Shown one piece after another: positions 38,674-49,710 of a stretch of DNA of 64,000 nucleotides. The position numbers and the translations under genes are program-made. The DNA is from Candidatus Saccharimonadia bacterium. Its GTDB lineage: Bacteria > Patescibacteriota > Saccharimonadia > UBA4664. The notes under the pieces are model-generated. The model had not been told where the DNA came from. It saw only the letters and a list, made by a program, of their open reading frames with translations, and did no database searches. The stretch is taken from assembly GCA_041743505.1 (NCBI GenBank), contig JBGTMQ010000004.1:3602-67601 (forward strand). Direction: 5' to 3'. Positions within the stretch are counted from its first letter, which is position 1; each line of letters opens with the position of its first letter.

Positions 38674-39731
38674 TCAAAGTCGGCACTTCCACCAGTAGGC
38701 CGGAATCTGCTCGTCCTGCACCAAGACTGCCACACTACCAGGATAATACCGTTCACAGAAATCTTCCTGGACACGCAGACCACCTACCACTTCGCCCGCA
38801 GGATTCATGCAAACCCAGGAGTCAGCATTATTGGGATCCTGGTATTGAGCAGTGTAGCCGTCGCCGTACCAATTCACACACGCCTGATCCATGCCGACAT
38901 GTTCGTAAATTGGTTCCGGATCACGCGGCGGTGAAACGTCCACTGGTGGTGGCGTCGGCTCACTATGCGCAACCTGCGGCTCAGGCTCGGGTGCTGGCGG
39001 CAGTGATTTCTGCCGTGGCTGCGACCGCTCTGCAATCGCTTGTACTGGAGCCACGGGCTGAAGATCAGCTGGTTGAGGCGCGGGTTGTGCTGGTGGCACA
39101 ACCACATCTGCCCTGGGTTTATCTCCGGGGAGGCAAGGCTCCAACCAAACCTTGACATCGTTGTCGTAGGGACCATGCAGAACAGACATATCACCATGCA
39201 TGACCCCAAAACCACGGGTCAACGCTGTGGTAACACCTTTGCCAGGGATAGTAAGCCAAGACAGTACTCTCTGAGCACAGTGTCGTAGAGCGTGTCATCT
39301 AAAATGATATTTGTAGCACCAGTGGCCGCAAAAGCGACATTTCTGAGCGTTGTTGAGCTGATGGATGCAAGAATCACATCACTGAGTAGCACAGCGCTAG
39401 CACCACCCGCTACAGCAGCAGCGATAAGAGTGCTATCAGCAAAAATAACGATCTTCGCTACCTTTCGCGTGCCCTCCCGGTTAAGCCGGATTTCCCAGCC
39501 ATTGGGGCCAATATAGTGACGGCCCCAGGCGAAAACCGTAAGTGTACCGTCGTGCTGGACTGGTACTTGGTGGTTCATGATCTGCTTGTAAATGTAAGTG
39601 GAGTCGTAAATCTCAACGGGTGGAGCTTCTGCAGCCGTATTTGCAAGCCCCGATCTACTGCTAATCAGACCAATCACGAGTAACAAAGCCAGAAAAGCTG
39701 CGGCCATGACACCAATTCTGCGGTGACTCAT
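38674..39731 (-). pseudogene. Secreted Pro-rich/Cys-domain protein, probably one gene split by a 1-bp frameshift
   Basis: ORFs 39219-39731 and 38674-39222 are both open over about 39219-39294 and join as YCLG-LTIPGKG. Confidence 0.5.
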
Positions 39732-39823
39732 TGCACCCCCTCAGGTGGAATGGTGGACTGGATGTAAAGAAACCGCCGAAGTATTCTTGGTAAAAAATAT
39801 TTTACATATTCACATTATAGTTG

Positions 39824-40219
39824 TCAAGACTGCGGTCTAGGACGAACAAGATAGGCGGCGTAGGTGGTCGTTAAAGCAAAGGTGAACCACAGCCAGTCAC
39901 TTTGGATATGCCGGGGGCCATATACCAAAATCGAGAGCGCCATACCTAGCAAAGCAACCCCAGCAAAAGAGTAGCCCGCCAGTTTTGGATCCGAGAGACT
40001 TAAGTCACTCGGTTTTGGACGCCTGTATTCGGATACAATATGGTAGATACTTAGTCCAAGGATCAATACAGCATACTCCAAAGGCCCAAAGAAGGTACGC
40101 TCACTAGGATGATCCGCGTACCAGAAAATAATACTAAGCCACAAGAAAATCTCCAGGCGCCAAATCGCCCGGTGGGCTGGGGCAATGTATTGATAAACAG
40201 TTGATAGTGTCTTATGCAT
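39824..40219 (-). CDS. 4-TM membrane protein, paralog B
   Basis: YQYIAPAHRAIWR...SDWLW...YLVRPRP shared with 40233-40670. Confidence 0.7.
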   Translation of the reverse strand: MHKTLSTVYQYIAPAHRAIWRLEIFLWLSIIFWYADHPSERTFFGPLEYAVLILGLSIYHIVSEYRRPKPSDLSLSDPKLAGYSFAGVALLGMALSILVYGPRHIQSDWLWFTFALTTTYAAYLVRPRPQS

Positions 40220-40232
40220 GATAGTTACACAT

Positions 40233-40670
40233 TTATACAGTAGCCACTCGCTCTTGAGAAGACTTAAGTCTATGGGTCCATACAGGCCGTGGACGAACAA
40301 GATAAGTAGCATAGGTAAACGTTAAAGCAACTATGAGCCAAAGCCAGTCACTCCAGATATTATAGGATGCGTGAATAACAACCCACCCAATAGTGGCTAG
40401 CACTGCAAAGCCTGCAAAGCAATACTCCGCCACTTTTGGAACAGAAAGTCCCAGATCATTGGGCTCAGGATGTCGAAGCTCGACAACTGTATGAAAAATA
40501 CTAATTCCGACAACGAATATGTAGGCCACTAAAGAACCGGAAGGGTTACGCTGACCCGGTAGATACGCATACCATAAAACAATAGCAAGCCAGAGAAAAA
40601 TATCCCCTCGCCAAATTGCCCGGTGAGCCAGAGCAATATATTGATAGATGGTAGGCAACGACTTAACCAT
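40233..40670 (-). CDS. 4-TM membrane protein, paralog A
   Basis: Tandem paralog of 39824-40219. Confidence 0.7.
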   Translation of the reverse strand: MVKSLPTIYQYIALAHRAIWRGDIFLWLAIVLWYAYLPGQRNPSGSLVAYIFVVGISIFHTVVELRHPEPNDLGLSVPKVAEYCFAGFAVLATIGWVVIHASYNIWSDWLWLIVALTFTYATYLVRPRPVWTHRLKSSQERVATV

Positions 40671-40739
40671 AATTATGTATTAATACAGGAATTACCGCAT
40701 AAATACAAATTTCCGACCCCGCCAACACAACGACTACCG

Positions 40740-41057
40740 CTACGAAACTTTGTGCTTATACCGTCTGTCACTCATGACATGAAAATGCAGATGATCGACG
40801 TGCATACCATGTATGAGCACTTTATTAGCTTCGACCAATCCTAAGAGTTTAATCACCTCCCGAACTGCCATTATCATCTGTCCGGCTAACTTTTCATCAT
40901 CGAGCGAATCAAGATTCTTGACATGCTGTTTGGGAGTAACCAGCACATGCACCGGCGCAGTAGGATTAATGGTCTTAAACGCAGCCGCTACGTCATTTTG
41001 CCAGATCAGCTTTTCGCCATTACTATTCGCAATCGAACAAAATACGCAATCTTTCAT
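40740..41057 (-). CDS. HIT family nucleotide hydrolase
   Basis: DCVFC, PVHVLV, HLHFH. Confidence 0.93.
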   Translation of the reverse strand: MKDCVFCSIANSNGEKLIWQNDVAAAFKTINPTAPVHVLVTPKQHVKNLDSLDDEKLAGQMIMAVREVIKLLGLVEANKVLIHGMHVDHLHFHVMSDRRYKHKVS

Positions 41058-41238
41058 GCCAATAGTATATCAGCATTTAGCCTCATTACGAGCAAGAAAC
41101 GCACTCCAAGGCGCGTAGGTATATGATTACGAGCTTACTTCATTGTGTTAATGTTGTCAATACATATTGACAATGCTTATGCTTATCTTAACGCTTAAGG
41201 TTGACTTTAGCTTGCCAAGAGCACAAAATAACCGATTC

Positions 41239-41907
41239 ATGAAAAAGACCCTGCTTGTCTCAATCGCGCTAATGATGCTGCTCAACCTGGCACAGTTTAT
41301 GTCCAGTTACGACCAGCAAGCTCAAGATGCCTTCGCGCCGGCTTGGGTAACCACCAAGCCGGCCAATGTAACCGGCGCCACCTCGGCCCGGCCCATGGCC
41401 CAATCCACCACCGTGGCCACAACGCTCAGCGATGATAAAGCCTTACCCGCCACACCCGGCGCTACTACGACTTCACCCACTAGCGCCGGCGCCCCCGATC
41501 CCATCGCTCTAGCCCAAACCAGGTTATCCGCCGCCGGCCTCAAGCCAGATTACGCCGCCCTCTACCTCGGGGTCCAAGCCAAAACCGGTACCCCATGGCA
41601 ACTCTTAGCCGCCGTCCACCAGGTGGAAACCGGCCAGCGCGGCGACACGGCCGTCACCTCATATGCCGGCGCCCAAGGCCCCATGCAGTTCATGCCGGCC
41701 ACCTTCCGAGCCTACGGCCTAGATGGTGACGGTGACGGCGCCAAGACCATTACTGACCTCGAGGACGCCATGTACTCGGCCGGCCACTACCTGGCTGCCA
41801 ACGGCGCTAGCAAAGGGGCTTACAATAACGCCCTCTACCACTACAATCATTCAAACGCCTACGTTCAGCAGGTCCTCACCATCGCCCGCCGGGCCGGCCT
41901 GCGCTAA
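41239..41907 (+). CDS. Secreted lytic transglycosylase (SLT domain)
   Basis: LAAVHQVET, GAQGPMQFMPATF, ALYHYNHS..YV. Confidence 0.9.
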   Translation: MKKTLLVSIALMMLLNLAQFMSSYDQQAQDAFAPAWVTTKPANVTGATSARPMAQSTTVATTLSDDKALPATPGATTTSPTSAGAPDPIALAQTRLSAAGLKPDYAALYLGVQAKTGTPWQLLAAVHQVETGQRGDTAVTSYAGAQGPMQFMPATFRAYGLDGDGDGAKTITDLEDAMYSAGHYLAANGASKGAYNNALYHYNHSNAYVQQVLTIARRAGLR

Positions 41908-41913
41908 TCCCGC

Positions 41914-42675
41914 CTAACCCCTCCGCGGCACCTCTTTAGCCATAAACTCCTCTACCTTCTTTACGGTATCCATAAACTGGGCCGGGAAAATAATGGTGGA
42001 GTTCTTCTCCACCGCAATCTCACTCAACACCTGCAAATTGCGCAACTGCAGCGCTATCGGATGAGCCGAAATAATATCCGCCGCCTGCCCCAACTTCTCC
42101 GCACTCTGAAACTCACCGTCCGCCGCAATAATCTTGGCCCGCTTCTCCCGCTCGGCCTCGGCCTGCCGCGCCATCGCCCGCTGCATAGTGTCGGGCAGTT
42201 GAATATCCTTGAGCTCTACCCGACTCAGCTCCACACCCCACTGCTCAATGGTGCTATCAAGTAGTTCCTTGACTAGCGCATTAATCTTATTGGTGTTCGA
42301 CAATACCTCATCCAGTGGATGCTGGCCAACAATATTCCGAACCGTCGTCTGCGCAATCTGATTGATCGCCGACATCACATTATCAATCGCCACCAGTGAC
42401 TTGGTCGGGTCCACTACCTTGTAATACGTCACCGCCGCCACACTAATCGACACGTTGTCCCGCGTAATCACCTGCTGCGGCGGCACCGCCAGCGTAATAA
42501 TGCGCATATTCACCTTGTGCAATTGGTCAATAAACGGAATAATTAGCCGCAAACCAGGGTCCTTCACCCCTATTACGCGCCCAAGCCGGAATACCACGCC
42601 CCGCTCATACTGCTGCACAATGCGCAACCCCATGGCAACCAAAACCAAAACGATTATAAGTATCACAAACTCCAC
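41914..42675 (-). CDS. SPFH/band 7 (slipin) protein
   Basis: [32 protein letters not shown]. Confidence 0.92.
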   Translation of the reverse strand: MEFVILIIVLVLVAMGLRIVQQYERGVVFRLGRVIGVKDPGLRLIIPFIDQLHKVNMRIITLAVPPQQVITRDNVSISVAAVTYYKVVDPTKSLVAIDNVMSAINQIAQTTVRNIVGQHPLDEVLSNTNKINALVKELLDSTIEQWGVELSRVELKDIQLPDTMQRAMARQAEAEREKRAKIIAADGEFQSAEKLGQAADIISAHPIALQLRNLQVLSEIAVEKNSTIIFPAQFMDTVKKVEEFMAKEVPRRG

Positions 42676-42785
42676 AGCTGCCACTCCCGTTAATTGCGAC
42701 CTATTCTGCACTCTACCAAAACGTTTTGCAACCTGTTATATAATCACATGACTAGATACACCCGATCACACGAAAGGTTCCGGTA

Positions 42786-43343
42786 ATGTCTAGCACCGAG
42801 TCAAGTAAATCTCGAGCATGGTACGCCAAGCCCCCCGTGGCCACGCCACTTATCATCGGCGTTCTGGCCACGGTCATTGCCCTCGTCTGTGTTATCGCGG
42901 GGGTAACCTTGAACCACAATGTTCGCCAGTCGTTCCACGCCGTCCCACTCGACCCAGCCCGGTTGAGCCTGGAAGAAGGCACCAGCAGCACAACCAACTT
43001 ACTCGTACCGGTTGACAATGGCAGTTTCTGGGTGCCACTGGAGCTGAGTGGTCCCCCGCTACCAGTCGTTAGCTACTGGGAAAATGACGACACGCAGGCA
43101 GTATCAACCAGTCGCCACAAATCGGGCTGGGGCGTCCTCCTGCTCTGCCTCGGCATCGCCCTTCTCATTGCCGCTAGCATCGCGCTAGCTCTGGCAGCGT
43201 CATTGCTCTACCGGGCCCGTCAGCAAACCAGAGTCGCTCCAAGCCAAACCAGCACCCCACTCAGCCAGAACACCCCACCTGACCCGGACGTTCCTTCCGG
43301 CCAAAGCAACCCCCCCAGCCAGGCCGGCCGGCCCGGCTTGTAA
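42786..43343 (+). CDS. 2-TM membrane protein, paralog A
   Basis: LSLEEG...LLVP..NG..LELSGPP..V.YWE..DT..VST shared with 43479-43913. Confidence 0.7.
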   Translation: MSSTESSKSRAWYAKPPVATPLIIGVLATVIALVCVIAGVTLNHNVRQSFHAVPLDPARLSLEEGTSSTTNLLVPVDNGSFWVPLELSGPPLPVVSYWENDDTQAVSTSRHKSGWGVLLLCLGIALLIAASIALALAASLLYRARQQTRVAPSQTSTPLSQNTPPDPDVPSGQSNPPSQAGRPGL

Positions 43344-43351
43344 GCCCCTCA

Positions 43352-43384
43352 GTGGCTGGATCCCGCATCATGGGATCCAGCCAC
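43352..43384 (+). terminator. Hairpin, duplicated at 43947-43981
   Basis: GGCTGG(A/G)TCCCGC(A/G)TCATGGGATCCAGCC, 27/29 identical between copies. Confidence 0.7.
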
Positions 43385-43478
43385 CTTTACTTTTCCGCTG
43401 TCAAAACTTGCATAAATTAGTAATATATGCTATAATAAACAAACTAGGCACCACCAGATCTAGGAAAGGTCGCCGGAT

Positions 43479-43913
43479 ATGCCTCGCACCATCATGCCCC
43501 ACTGCCCCAACTGGATGAGAAAACCCACTTCGCTATACCTTGTCGTCGGCGCCCTGGCCATCCTCATGGCCTTCGTCGGTCTCTGGGGATGGGTCAGCAT
43601 AGACAACAGCGTCCCCCAAACCGCCAAGTCCGTCGTACTCGTACCGGCCTTACTGAGCCATGAGGAAGGTAATGACTCGGTCAGCTACCTTCTCGTCCCA
43701 ACCAGCAACGGTGGGACTGCGATGCTGAAACTCAGCGGCCCACCCCGGGAAACTGTGCAGTTCTGGGAGCACAGCGATACCCACGAGGTGTCCACCACTA
43801 AGTTCGTATCGAATTGGGGCAAATTGGTTGGCTTTTTCAGCATTATCATGCTGGTCATGGGCATCCTCTCAGTCTGTCTGCCAGTACTGAGAAGTTACCC
43901 GACCATCTCCTAG
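43479..43913 (+). CDS. 2-TM membrane protein, paralog B
   Basis: Own promoter TTGCAT-17-TATAAT (about 43408-43436) and GAAAGG RBS. Confidence 0.7.
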   Translation: MPRTIMPHCPNWMRKPTSLYLVVGALAILMAFVGLWGWVSIDNSVPQTAKSVVLVPALLSHEEGNDSVSYLLVPTSNGGTAMLKLSGPPRETVQFWEHSDTHEVSTTKFVSNWGKLVGFFSIIMLVMGILSVCLPVLRSYPTIS

Positions 43914-44011
43914 CCGAGACCACCTCTTCGGCCGGCCAAGCTCACCAACGGCTGGGTCCCGCGTCATGGGATCCAGCCGTTATTCATTGGTCAAATCTTA
44001 CCCTTAACGTG

Positions 44012-45289
44012 CTATGTTATCCCAAAACGCCGGCGCAACTCAGCCACAATCTCACTATCCTTCAAGGTTTCCTGGGCACCGGTAGCCATATCCCGCAGCA
44101 GTACGGTATTTTCCTTAACCTCTTTTTGGCCAATAATTACCGCATACGGCACACCCAGCTTATCAGCCCGGGCCAGCTGAGCCCCAATCCCATCGCGGTC
44201 AACCGCCCCTGTAGCCGACACATTACCATCCAGCAACTGCTCAATCAGACGAAATGCCGCCAACCGGGCCGGCTCGCCCAATGAAGCTACGTAAACCCGC
44301 GATATTCTAGGTTCAGGTGGCGTCACCCCGGCGCGTTCCAACTCCAGAATCACCCGCTCAATCCCGGCGCCAAAGCCTACCGCCGGCGTCGGCTGACCAC
44401 CAAGTTGTTCCACTAGTAAGTCGTAGCGGCCACCACCACCAAGGCTAGCTTGGGCTCCCTCGCGTTCACCATAAAACTCAAACACGGTCCGCGAATAATA
44501 ATCCAAACCGCGCACCAGCAAGTGATTGAGCTCGTAACTAACCCCCATATCGTCCAGATATTCCAATACTCCCGCAAAGTGCGTCTGGCATTCCTCACAC
44601 AAATAATTAAGCGTCTGCGGTGCATCGGCCAAAATAATCTGAGTACTTGGCTCCTTGCTATCTAGTACCCGCAACGGATTCTTGGCCAGCCGCTCCCGGT
44701 CAATTTCGGCCAGCTGCTTCACATTGGCCTCCAGATATTCCACCAACGCCTTTTTGTATTTAGGCCGGCAATTAACGTCGCCAATGCTATTGATCTGCAG
44801 GCTTAAATTTGGCAAACATAGCCGCTTGTACACCCGCTGCAGCAACATAATCAACTGCGCATCCGTACTGGGATTGCCGTCGCCGATAACTTCTGCACCC
44901 ATTTGCTTGTGTTGGCGGTAGCGGCCTTCCTGCGGCCGGTCATAGCGAAACATATCGGCAAAGTAGTACAGTCGGACCGGCTGCGGCAACGAGCCCATAC
45001 CATGCTCGATGTACGAGCGGATCACGTTAGCCGTGCCTTCCGGCCGCAGCACCAACCGCTTGCCCCCACGGTCCTCCAGGACATACATCTCCTTGTCTAC
45101 GACATCGGTACCCTGTCCCACCGACCGGACATACAAGCCCTCATCCTCCAGCAGCGGTGTTTCAATCTGCTGATACCCGGCATCTTGAGCCGCCCGGGCA
45201 AAAGTGTCCATAACGTAATTAAAGATATACCGTCGCTCCGGCAACAGGTCGTACATGCCGCGTACGGTCTGGAACTGCTGTTTCGCCAT
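44012..45289 (-). CDS. hisS: Histidyl-tRNA synthetase
   Basis: LRPEGT, FRYDRPQEGRYRQ, VRGLDYY, GGGRYD. Confidence 0.97.
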   Translation of the reverse strand: MAKQQFQTVRGMYDLLPERRYIFNYVMDTFARAAQDAGYQQIETPLLEDEGLYVRSVGQGTDVVDKEMYVLEDRGGKRLVLRPEGTANVIRSYIEHGMGSLPQPVRLYYFADMFRYDRPQEGRYRQHKQMGAEVIGDGNPSTDAQLIMLLQRVYKRLCLPNLSLQINSIGDVNCRPKYKKALVEYLEANVKQLAEIDRERLAKNPLRVLDSKEPSTQIILADAPQTLNYLCEECQTHFAGVLEYLDDMGVSYELNHLLVRGLDYYSRTVFEFYGEREGAQASLGGGGRYDLLVEQLGGQPTPAVGFGAGIERVILELERAGVTPPEPRISRVYVASLGEPARLAAFRLIEQLLDGNVSATGAVDRDGIGAQLARADKLGVPYAVIIGQKEVKENTVLLRDMATGAQETLKDSEIVAELRRRFGIT

Positions 45290-45363
45290 TATTACTCCTA
45301 TAGCTTGGGCCAGCGTAGCATAGCTTGGCTACCTCCGGCAAATCAGGCTACCAGCGCAACAAG

Positions 45364-47547
45364 CTACAGCCGCCTAACACTGATCATCCCAGGTAATTGC
45401 TCCAACCGCTTCATCACGCCGGCCAACTCAAACAAATCCCGTACCTCAATCGCAAAACTAACCTTTACCTCCTCCACTCGGTCAGCCACCAAGCTCGCCG
45501 GGCCGGTCGCATCACTCCTGATGAAACTAATATTGAGCCCTTCGCGCGCAATAGTCCCGGTAATACTAGAGATCAAACCCACTCGGTTAACAGCCACCAC
45601 CTCCAATCGGCACAACAGCCGCTCAGACGCGTTATCCAAGGTCTCCCAACGGCAGCCCACAAACCGCTCCATATCATTGGGCAAGTTGGAACAACCCAAC
45701 GCATGTACTGTCACACCGGAACCTCGGGTAATATAACCAACCACTGACTGGGGAAAAACAGGCTGGCAACACGGCGCCAGCGTATAGGGCAGCTCTTCAC
45801 CACCTTCCACCAAAATCCGGCCGGTAGCTTCGGTACGCTTCACCACCTGCACCGAAGCTGGCTTGCCCGCGTCCGGAAACAGCCGCCGGATGACCGGCAA
45901 GGTCGCCGTACTCCCCTCACCTATAGCCGCCAGTAGATCATCCAGACTCTTGTAATGCAATGCATCCAGTGCATCTGCCAATTGCCGTGCTGCTACATCC
46001 TCGATCCGGCCGCCGCCCCAAGCCCCAAGATCGGCCTCTAAAGCTAATCGGCCACGAGCAATATTTGCTTCCCGGCTCGCCGCCCGGAACCAACCTCGAA
46101 TCCGGTTCTTGGCCGCCGTTGTCTTCACGAACTTCAACCAGTCACGGTTTGGCGATGGTTCACGCCGCGTCATCAGCTCCACCACATCACGGTTCTCCAG
46201 CCGGTGGTCCAATGTCACCATCCGGCCGTTAACCTTGGCGCCCATCGTCCTAAGGCCCAAACCACTATGCACAGCAAAGGCAAAATCTAATGGCGTAGAC
46301 CCTTCGGGCAAATCATACAAGTCACCCTTGGGGCTAAAAACGAAGATCTGATCATTAAACAACTCTTTTCGAGCACCCTCCAAAAACTCCGAACGGCCTT
46401 CGGTCGCCTGCTGCAAATCCGTCAGCTGGCCGACCCATTTAAGCTTATCCGGCAATCTACCCGCCCCCTGACCCTTGGCATATGCGGCTGATGTCTTGTG
46501 AGCATCATAATAAAAATGCGCCGCCAAGCCGTGTTCAGCTTCCGCATGCATCTGTGGCGTCCGAATCTGAATCTCCGTAATATGACCGTCCCGCGCAAAC
46601 ACAGTCGTGTGCAAGCTCTGATAACCGTTAGGTTTTGGCACGGCAATGTAATCCTTAATACGATAAATCAGCGGTTTGTAATGCTGGTGGATCAACCCTA
46701 GCACGTGATAGCAAGCCGCCTCGTCCGGCACAACAATCCGGATGGCCACCAAATCATATATCTTATCGATATCACCGTTCACTTTTGCGAGCTTTTTATG
46801 GATAGAGTACAAATGCTTCTGCCGCCCCTCTACCTCAGCATCCTCAATGCCGCCTTCTTTCAAAAATTGCCGGATGTCATGCTTCAGCAACGTCAGATAA
46901 TGAGCCGACTTCCGGGTTGTGGCCCGCACCAACTGCACCAACCGGACGTAATCCTCAGGCTGGGCATACTTAAAGCCCAGATCCTCTATTTCAGCTTTCA
47001 CTTGACCCATACCAAGCCGGTCAGCCAGCGGTGCAAACACCCCTAGCGACTCCCTCGCAATCCGCTGGCGCTGCTCAGGCTTCAGATACTCCAACGTGCG
47101 CAAGTTATGCAATCGGTCCGCCAGCTTGATCAAAATAACCTGGTAATCCTGAGCCGTCGCCAATAATAGCTTGCGTAAATTCTCGTTAGAAGCCTCCTGT
47201 CGCGCACTGTCTCCGGCCGGACGGCTCGGCAACGCCGACATACGAATCTTAGTCACCCCATCCACCAACTCAGCCACCTTGTCGCCAAATTGCTCACTCA
47301 GCTCAGTTAAGGTCAATCCAGTATCTTCCACCACGTCATGCAACAACGCCGCCATGACGGCTTCATGCCCCATTCCCCATTCTGCCACTGTCTCAGCCAC
47401 AGCCACGGGATGAATAATGTAAGGCTGGCCGTCCTTCCGTAACTGGCCCTCATGCAATGTTGTAGCCACAGAATATGCCCAGTCAATGGCTTCGTTTTGC
47501 TCTTTGGTAAAACGTTGTTGGCTATATCGAATACTTATTTTATTCAT
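45364..47547 (-). CDS. rel: Long RelA/SpoT homolog (HD, SYNTH, TGS, ZFD, ACT)
   Basis: LLHDVVED, KLADRLHN, YQSLHT, EIQIRT, DFAFAVHS, APCCQP. Confidence 0.93.
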   Translation of the reverse strand: MNKISIRYSQQRFTKEQNEAIDWAYSVATTLHEGQLRKDGQPYIIHPVAVAETVAEWGMGHEAVMAALLHDVVEDTGLTLTELSEQFGDKVAELVDGVTKIRMSALPSRPAGDSARQEASNENLRKLLLATAQDYQVILIKLADRLHNLRTLEYLKPEQRQRIARESLGVFAPLADRLGMGQVKAEIEDLGFKYAQPEDYVRLVQLVRATTRKSAHYLTLLKHDIRQFLKEGGIEDAEVEGRQKHLYSIHKKLAKVNGDIDKIYDLVAIRIVVPDEAACYHVLGLIHQHYKPLIYRIKDYIAVPKPNGYQSLHTTVFARDGHITEIQIRTPQMHAEAEHGLAAHFYYDAHKTSAAYAKGQGAGRLPDKLKWVGQLTDLQQATEGRSEFLEGARKELFNDQIFVFSPKGDLYDLPEGSTPLDFAFAVHSGLGLRTMGAKVNGRMVTLDHRLENRDVVELMTRREPSPNRDWLKFVKTTAAKNRIRGWFRAASREANIARGRLALEADLGAWGGGRIEDVAARQLADALDALHYKSLDDLLAAIGEGSTATLPVIRRLFPDAGKPASVQVVKRTEATGRILVEGGEELPYTLAPCCQPVFPQSVVGYITRGSGVTVHALGCSNLPNDMERFVGCRWETLDNASERLLCRLEVVAVNRVGLISSITGTIAREGLNISFIRSDATGPASLVADRVEEVKVSFAIEVRDLFELAGVMKRLEQLPGMISVRRL

Positions 47548-49210
47548 ATCGAATATCTAATACCACCAGCTGCAAAGCTGTGTTTCCCCGGAATTCATTC
47601 TTGTTCACCCGGCCAAGCACCGTTACTATCTGTCCTTCTTTTAATTCTCCATGCGTCTCAGCCAATCCAAAGCCCACTGCCTGTACCGTACTGCCCGAGC
47701 CATCTCCAAAACTCAGCCGCAAATGCCGCCCGTCCTGACCCATCGCCGACACCCGCGACACCACCAGCGCCGGCAGCTCCAGAATTGGTTGCGGATTAGC
47801 CGCCCCATAAGGTTCCAACAACTGAAGATTGTCATACAGCTCCCAGCTTACCTGAGCAAGCTCATCAAACGTCACATCGGCTTCTAGTGCTAATGCCATA
47901 GCAGTCGCCTTGGTCTCTGCATGATAGGCACCCAAGCCGGCCCGTAACGGCACCAGACTAGCAGTTGGCAATGTATAGCCGGAGGCGTAAAAGTGTCCGC
48001 CAAACTTCGTCAACAAGCTAGCCTGAGACCGCAACGCCTCCACCATATTAAACGTACCCGTACTACGCGCCGAACCTTTAGTAACTTCGCCCATAATCTG
48101 AGCTACCAATACTGGTTTATGCCATTTCTCCACCAGCTTACTGGCCACAATCCCCACAATGCCATGCGACCAGTCCGAATGTGCCAGCACCAGTACCGGA
48201 TCATCCACCTGCTGCTCAGCCATGGCATCAGCCGCCTTAAACACCGCGTCCTGGTCAGCCCGGCGCTGTCGGTTAAGAACATCCAGTTCCTCAGCAATTG
48301 CCATAGCCCGCACCGAATCGTCGGTCATCATCAGCTCCAACGACCGGGCAGCGTGCTCAAGCCGCCCGGCCGCGTTCATCCGCGGGCCCAGCACATAGCC
48401 CAAATGATAGGCCGAAATCTGAGAAATATCCACCCCGCCCACATTGGCTAACGCCCGCAAGCCAACCCGCCGGGTTTTGCGCATTACTTTGAGCCCATAC
48501 GAGGCCAGCACCCGGTTCTCACCTACCAAATCAACGACATCACAAACCGTACCTAGCGCCACCAGATCAAGCAACCACTTCTCCCGGCCTGGCTCCGGTT
48601 TACCAGTCCGCACGCTTAAAGCCTGCGCCAACTTAAACACCACACCTGCCCCACACAAGTCCTTAAATGGGTACTCGTCCCCCAGACGCTTAGGGTTAAT
48701 AACCGCTATGGCCTCCGGCAATATCTCCGGCACAGCATGATGATCGGTAATAATCAAATCCAATCCGTTCACCCGCGCCCAATCCGCCTCAACCACGCTG
48801 GTGATGCCACAATCCACACTAATTACCAAGCTTACACCTTCCCCCTGCAAGCGCTCCAAAGCCGGTTGGCTAATACCATACCCCTCTTCAAACCGATCCG
48901 GAATATAGCTGCGCGCCTCAATCCCAACCGCCCGTAACGTCTCAATCATAATCGCGCTTGCGGTGATGCCATCAATATCATAATCGCCATACACGGCTAC
49001 CTGCTCACCCGCATCAGCCGCCACAATAATCCGCTCGACCGCCCAAGGCATATCAGTCATCAAATACGGATCATGCAGATGCAAGTCATAATTTGGGTAC
49101 AAAAAATCAGCCATAGCCTCGGCCGCTACACCGCGCCTTGCCAATATCTGCGCCACAATCTCAGGCACAGCTTGCTCTGTAGTTTCACCAGCTGCCTGCG
49201 TCATGGCCAT
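47540..49210 (-). CDS. recJ: ssDNA exonuclease RecJ
   Basis: YGDYDIDG, VDCG, TDHH, PRMNAAGR, GGH. Confidence 0.96.
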   Translation of the reverse strand: MAMTQAAGETTEQAVPEIVAQILARRGVAAEAMADFLYPNYDLHLHDPYLMTDMPWAVERIIVAADAGEQVAVYGDYDIDGITASAIMIETLRAVGIEARSYIPDRFEEGYGISQPALERLQGEGVSLVISVDCGITSVVEADWARVNGLDLIITDHHAVPEILPEAIAVINPKRLGDEYPFKDLCGAGVVFKLAQALSVRTGKPEPGREKWLLDLVALGTVCDVVDLVGENRVLASYGLKVMRKTRRVGLRALANVGGVDISQISAYHLGYVLGPRMNAAGRLEHAARSLELMMTDDSVRAMAIAEELDVLNRQRRADQDAVFKAADAMAEQQVDDPVLVLAHSDWSHGIVGIVASKLVEKWHKPVLVAQIMGEVTKGSARSTGTFNMVEALRSQASLLTKFGGHFYASGYTLPTASLVPLRAGLGAYHAETKATAMALALEADVTFDELAQVSWELYDNLQLLEPYGAANPQPILELPALVVSRVSAMGQDGRHLRLSFGDGSGSTVQAVGFGLAETHGELKEGQIVTVLGRVNKNEFRGNTALQLVVLDIRYE

Positions 49211-49393
49211 AAGTATACCTTATGTAGGCCACTGAACGTGAGGTACGAACCTAAAATTTACGGGCTAAGAAATAGTAATTTGGATCACTGCGCGGCACAA
49301 AACCTAGCGGTAATTCCGGCGTACGGCCAACCGGCCGTCGGCGATATGCAGCCGGTTGCCGGCGGCCTTTGAGCAAAGAGTCAATCAGGCGCT

Positions 49394-49690
49394 TCATACA
49401 GACGCCCCGTTCCCGCTCCGGCCGCGCCGCGCCTGGCTCTTCAGTACTAATCCCTGCAACTCACGGTACAGCGCAAACTTCGGGTTTGCAGCATACACCT
49501 TGGAGTTGCCCTCCATTTGAACTTTCACAAAACCGACCTCGCTGAGCCGCTTAAGCTCACGCTGCACGTTACCGGGGTCCTCTTTTATGGTCTTGGCCAG
49601 ACCACGGACATGCATGCGAAAGTCGGGATACTTAGTATATATTACAATGATTTTACGTCTGGTTTTAGACGTTATAAATAACTCTAGCAT
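49394..49690 (-). CDS. Stand-alone winged-helix transcription regulator
   Basis: LFITSKTRRKI...HVRGLA...GNVQRELKRL...GNSKVY.AN. Confidence 0.75.
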   Translation of the reverse strand: MLELFITSKTRRKIIVIYTKYPDFRMHVRGLAKTIKEDPGNVQRELKRLSEVGFVKVQMEGNSKVYAANPKFALYRELQGLVLKSQARRGRSGNGASV

Positions 49691-49710
49691 GTGTTTTTGT
49701 TTAACTATTT

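Noticed and set aside
44903-45736. 277-aa plus-strand ORF
   Set aside because: Antisense across hisS and rel.
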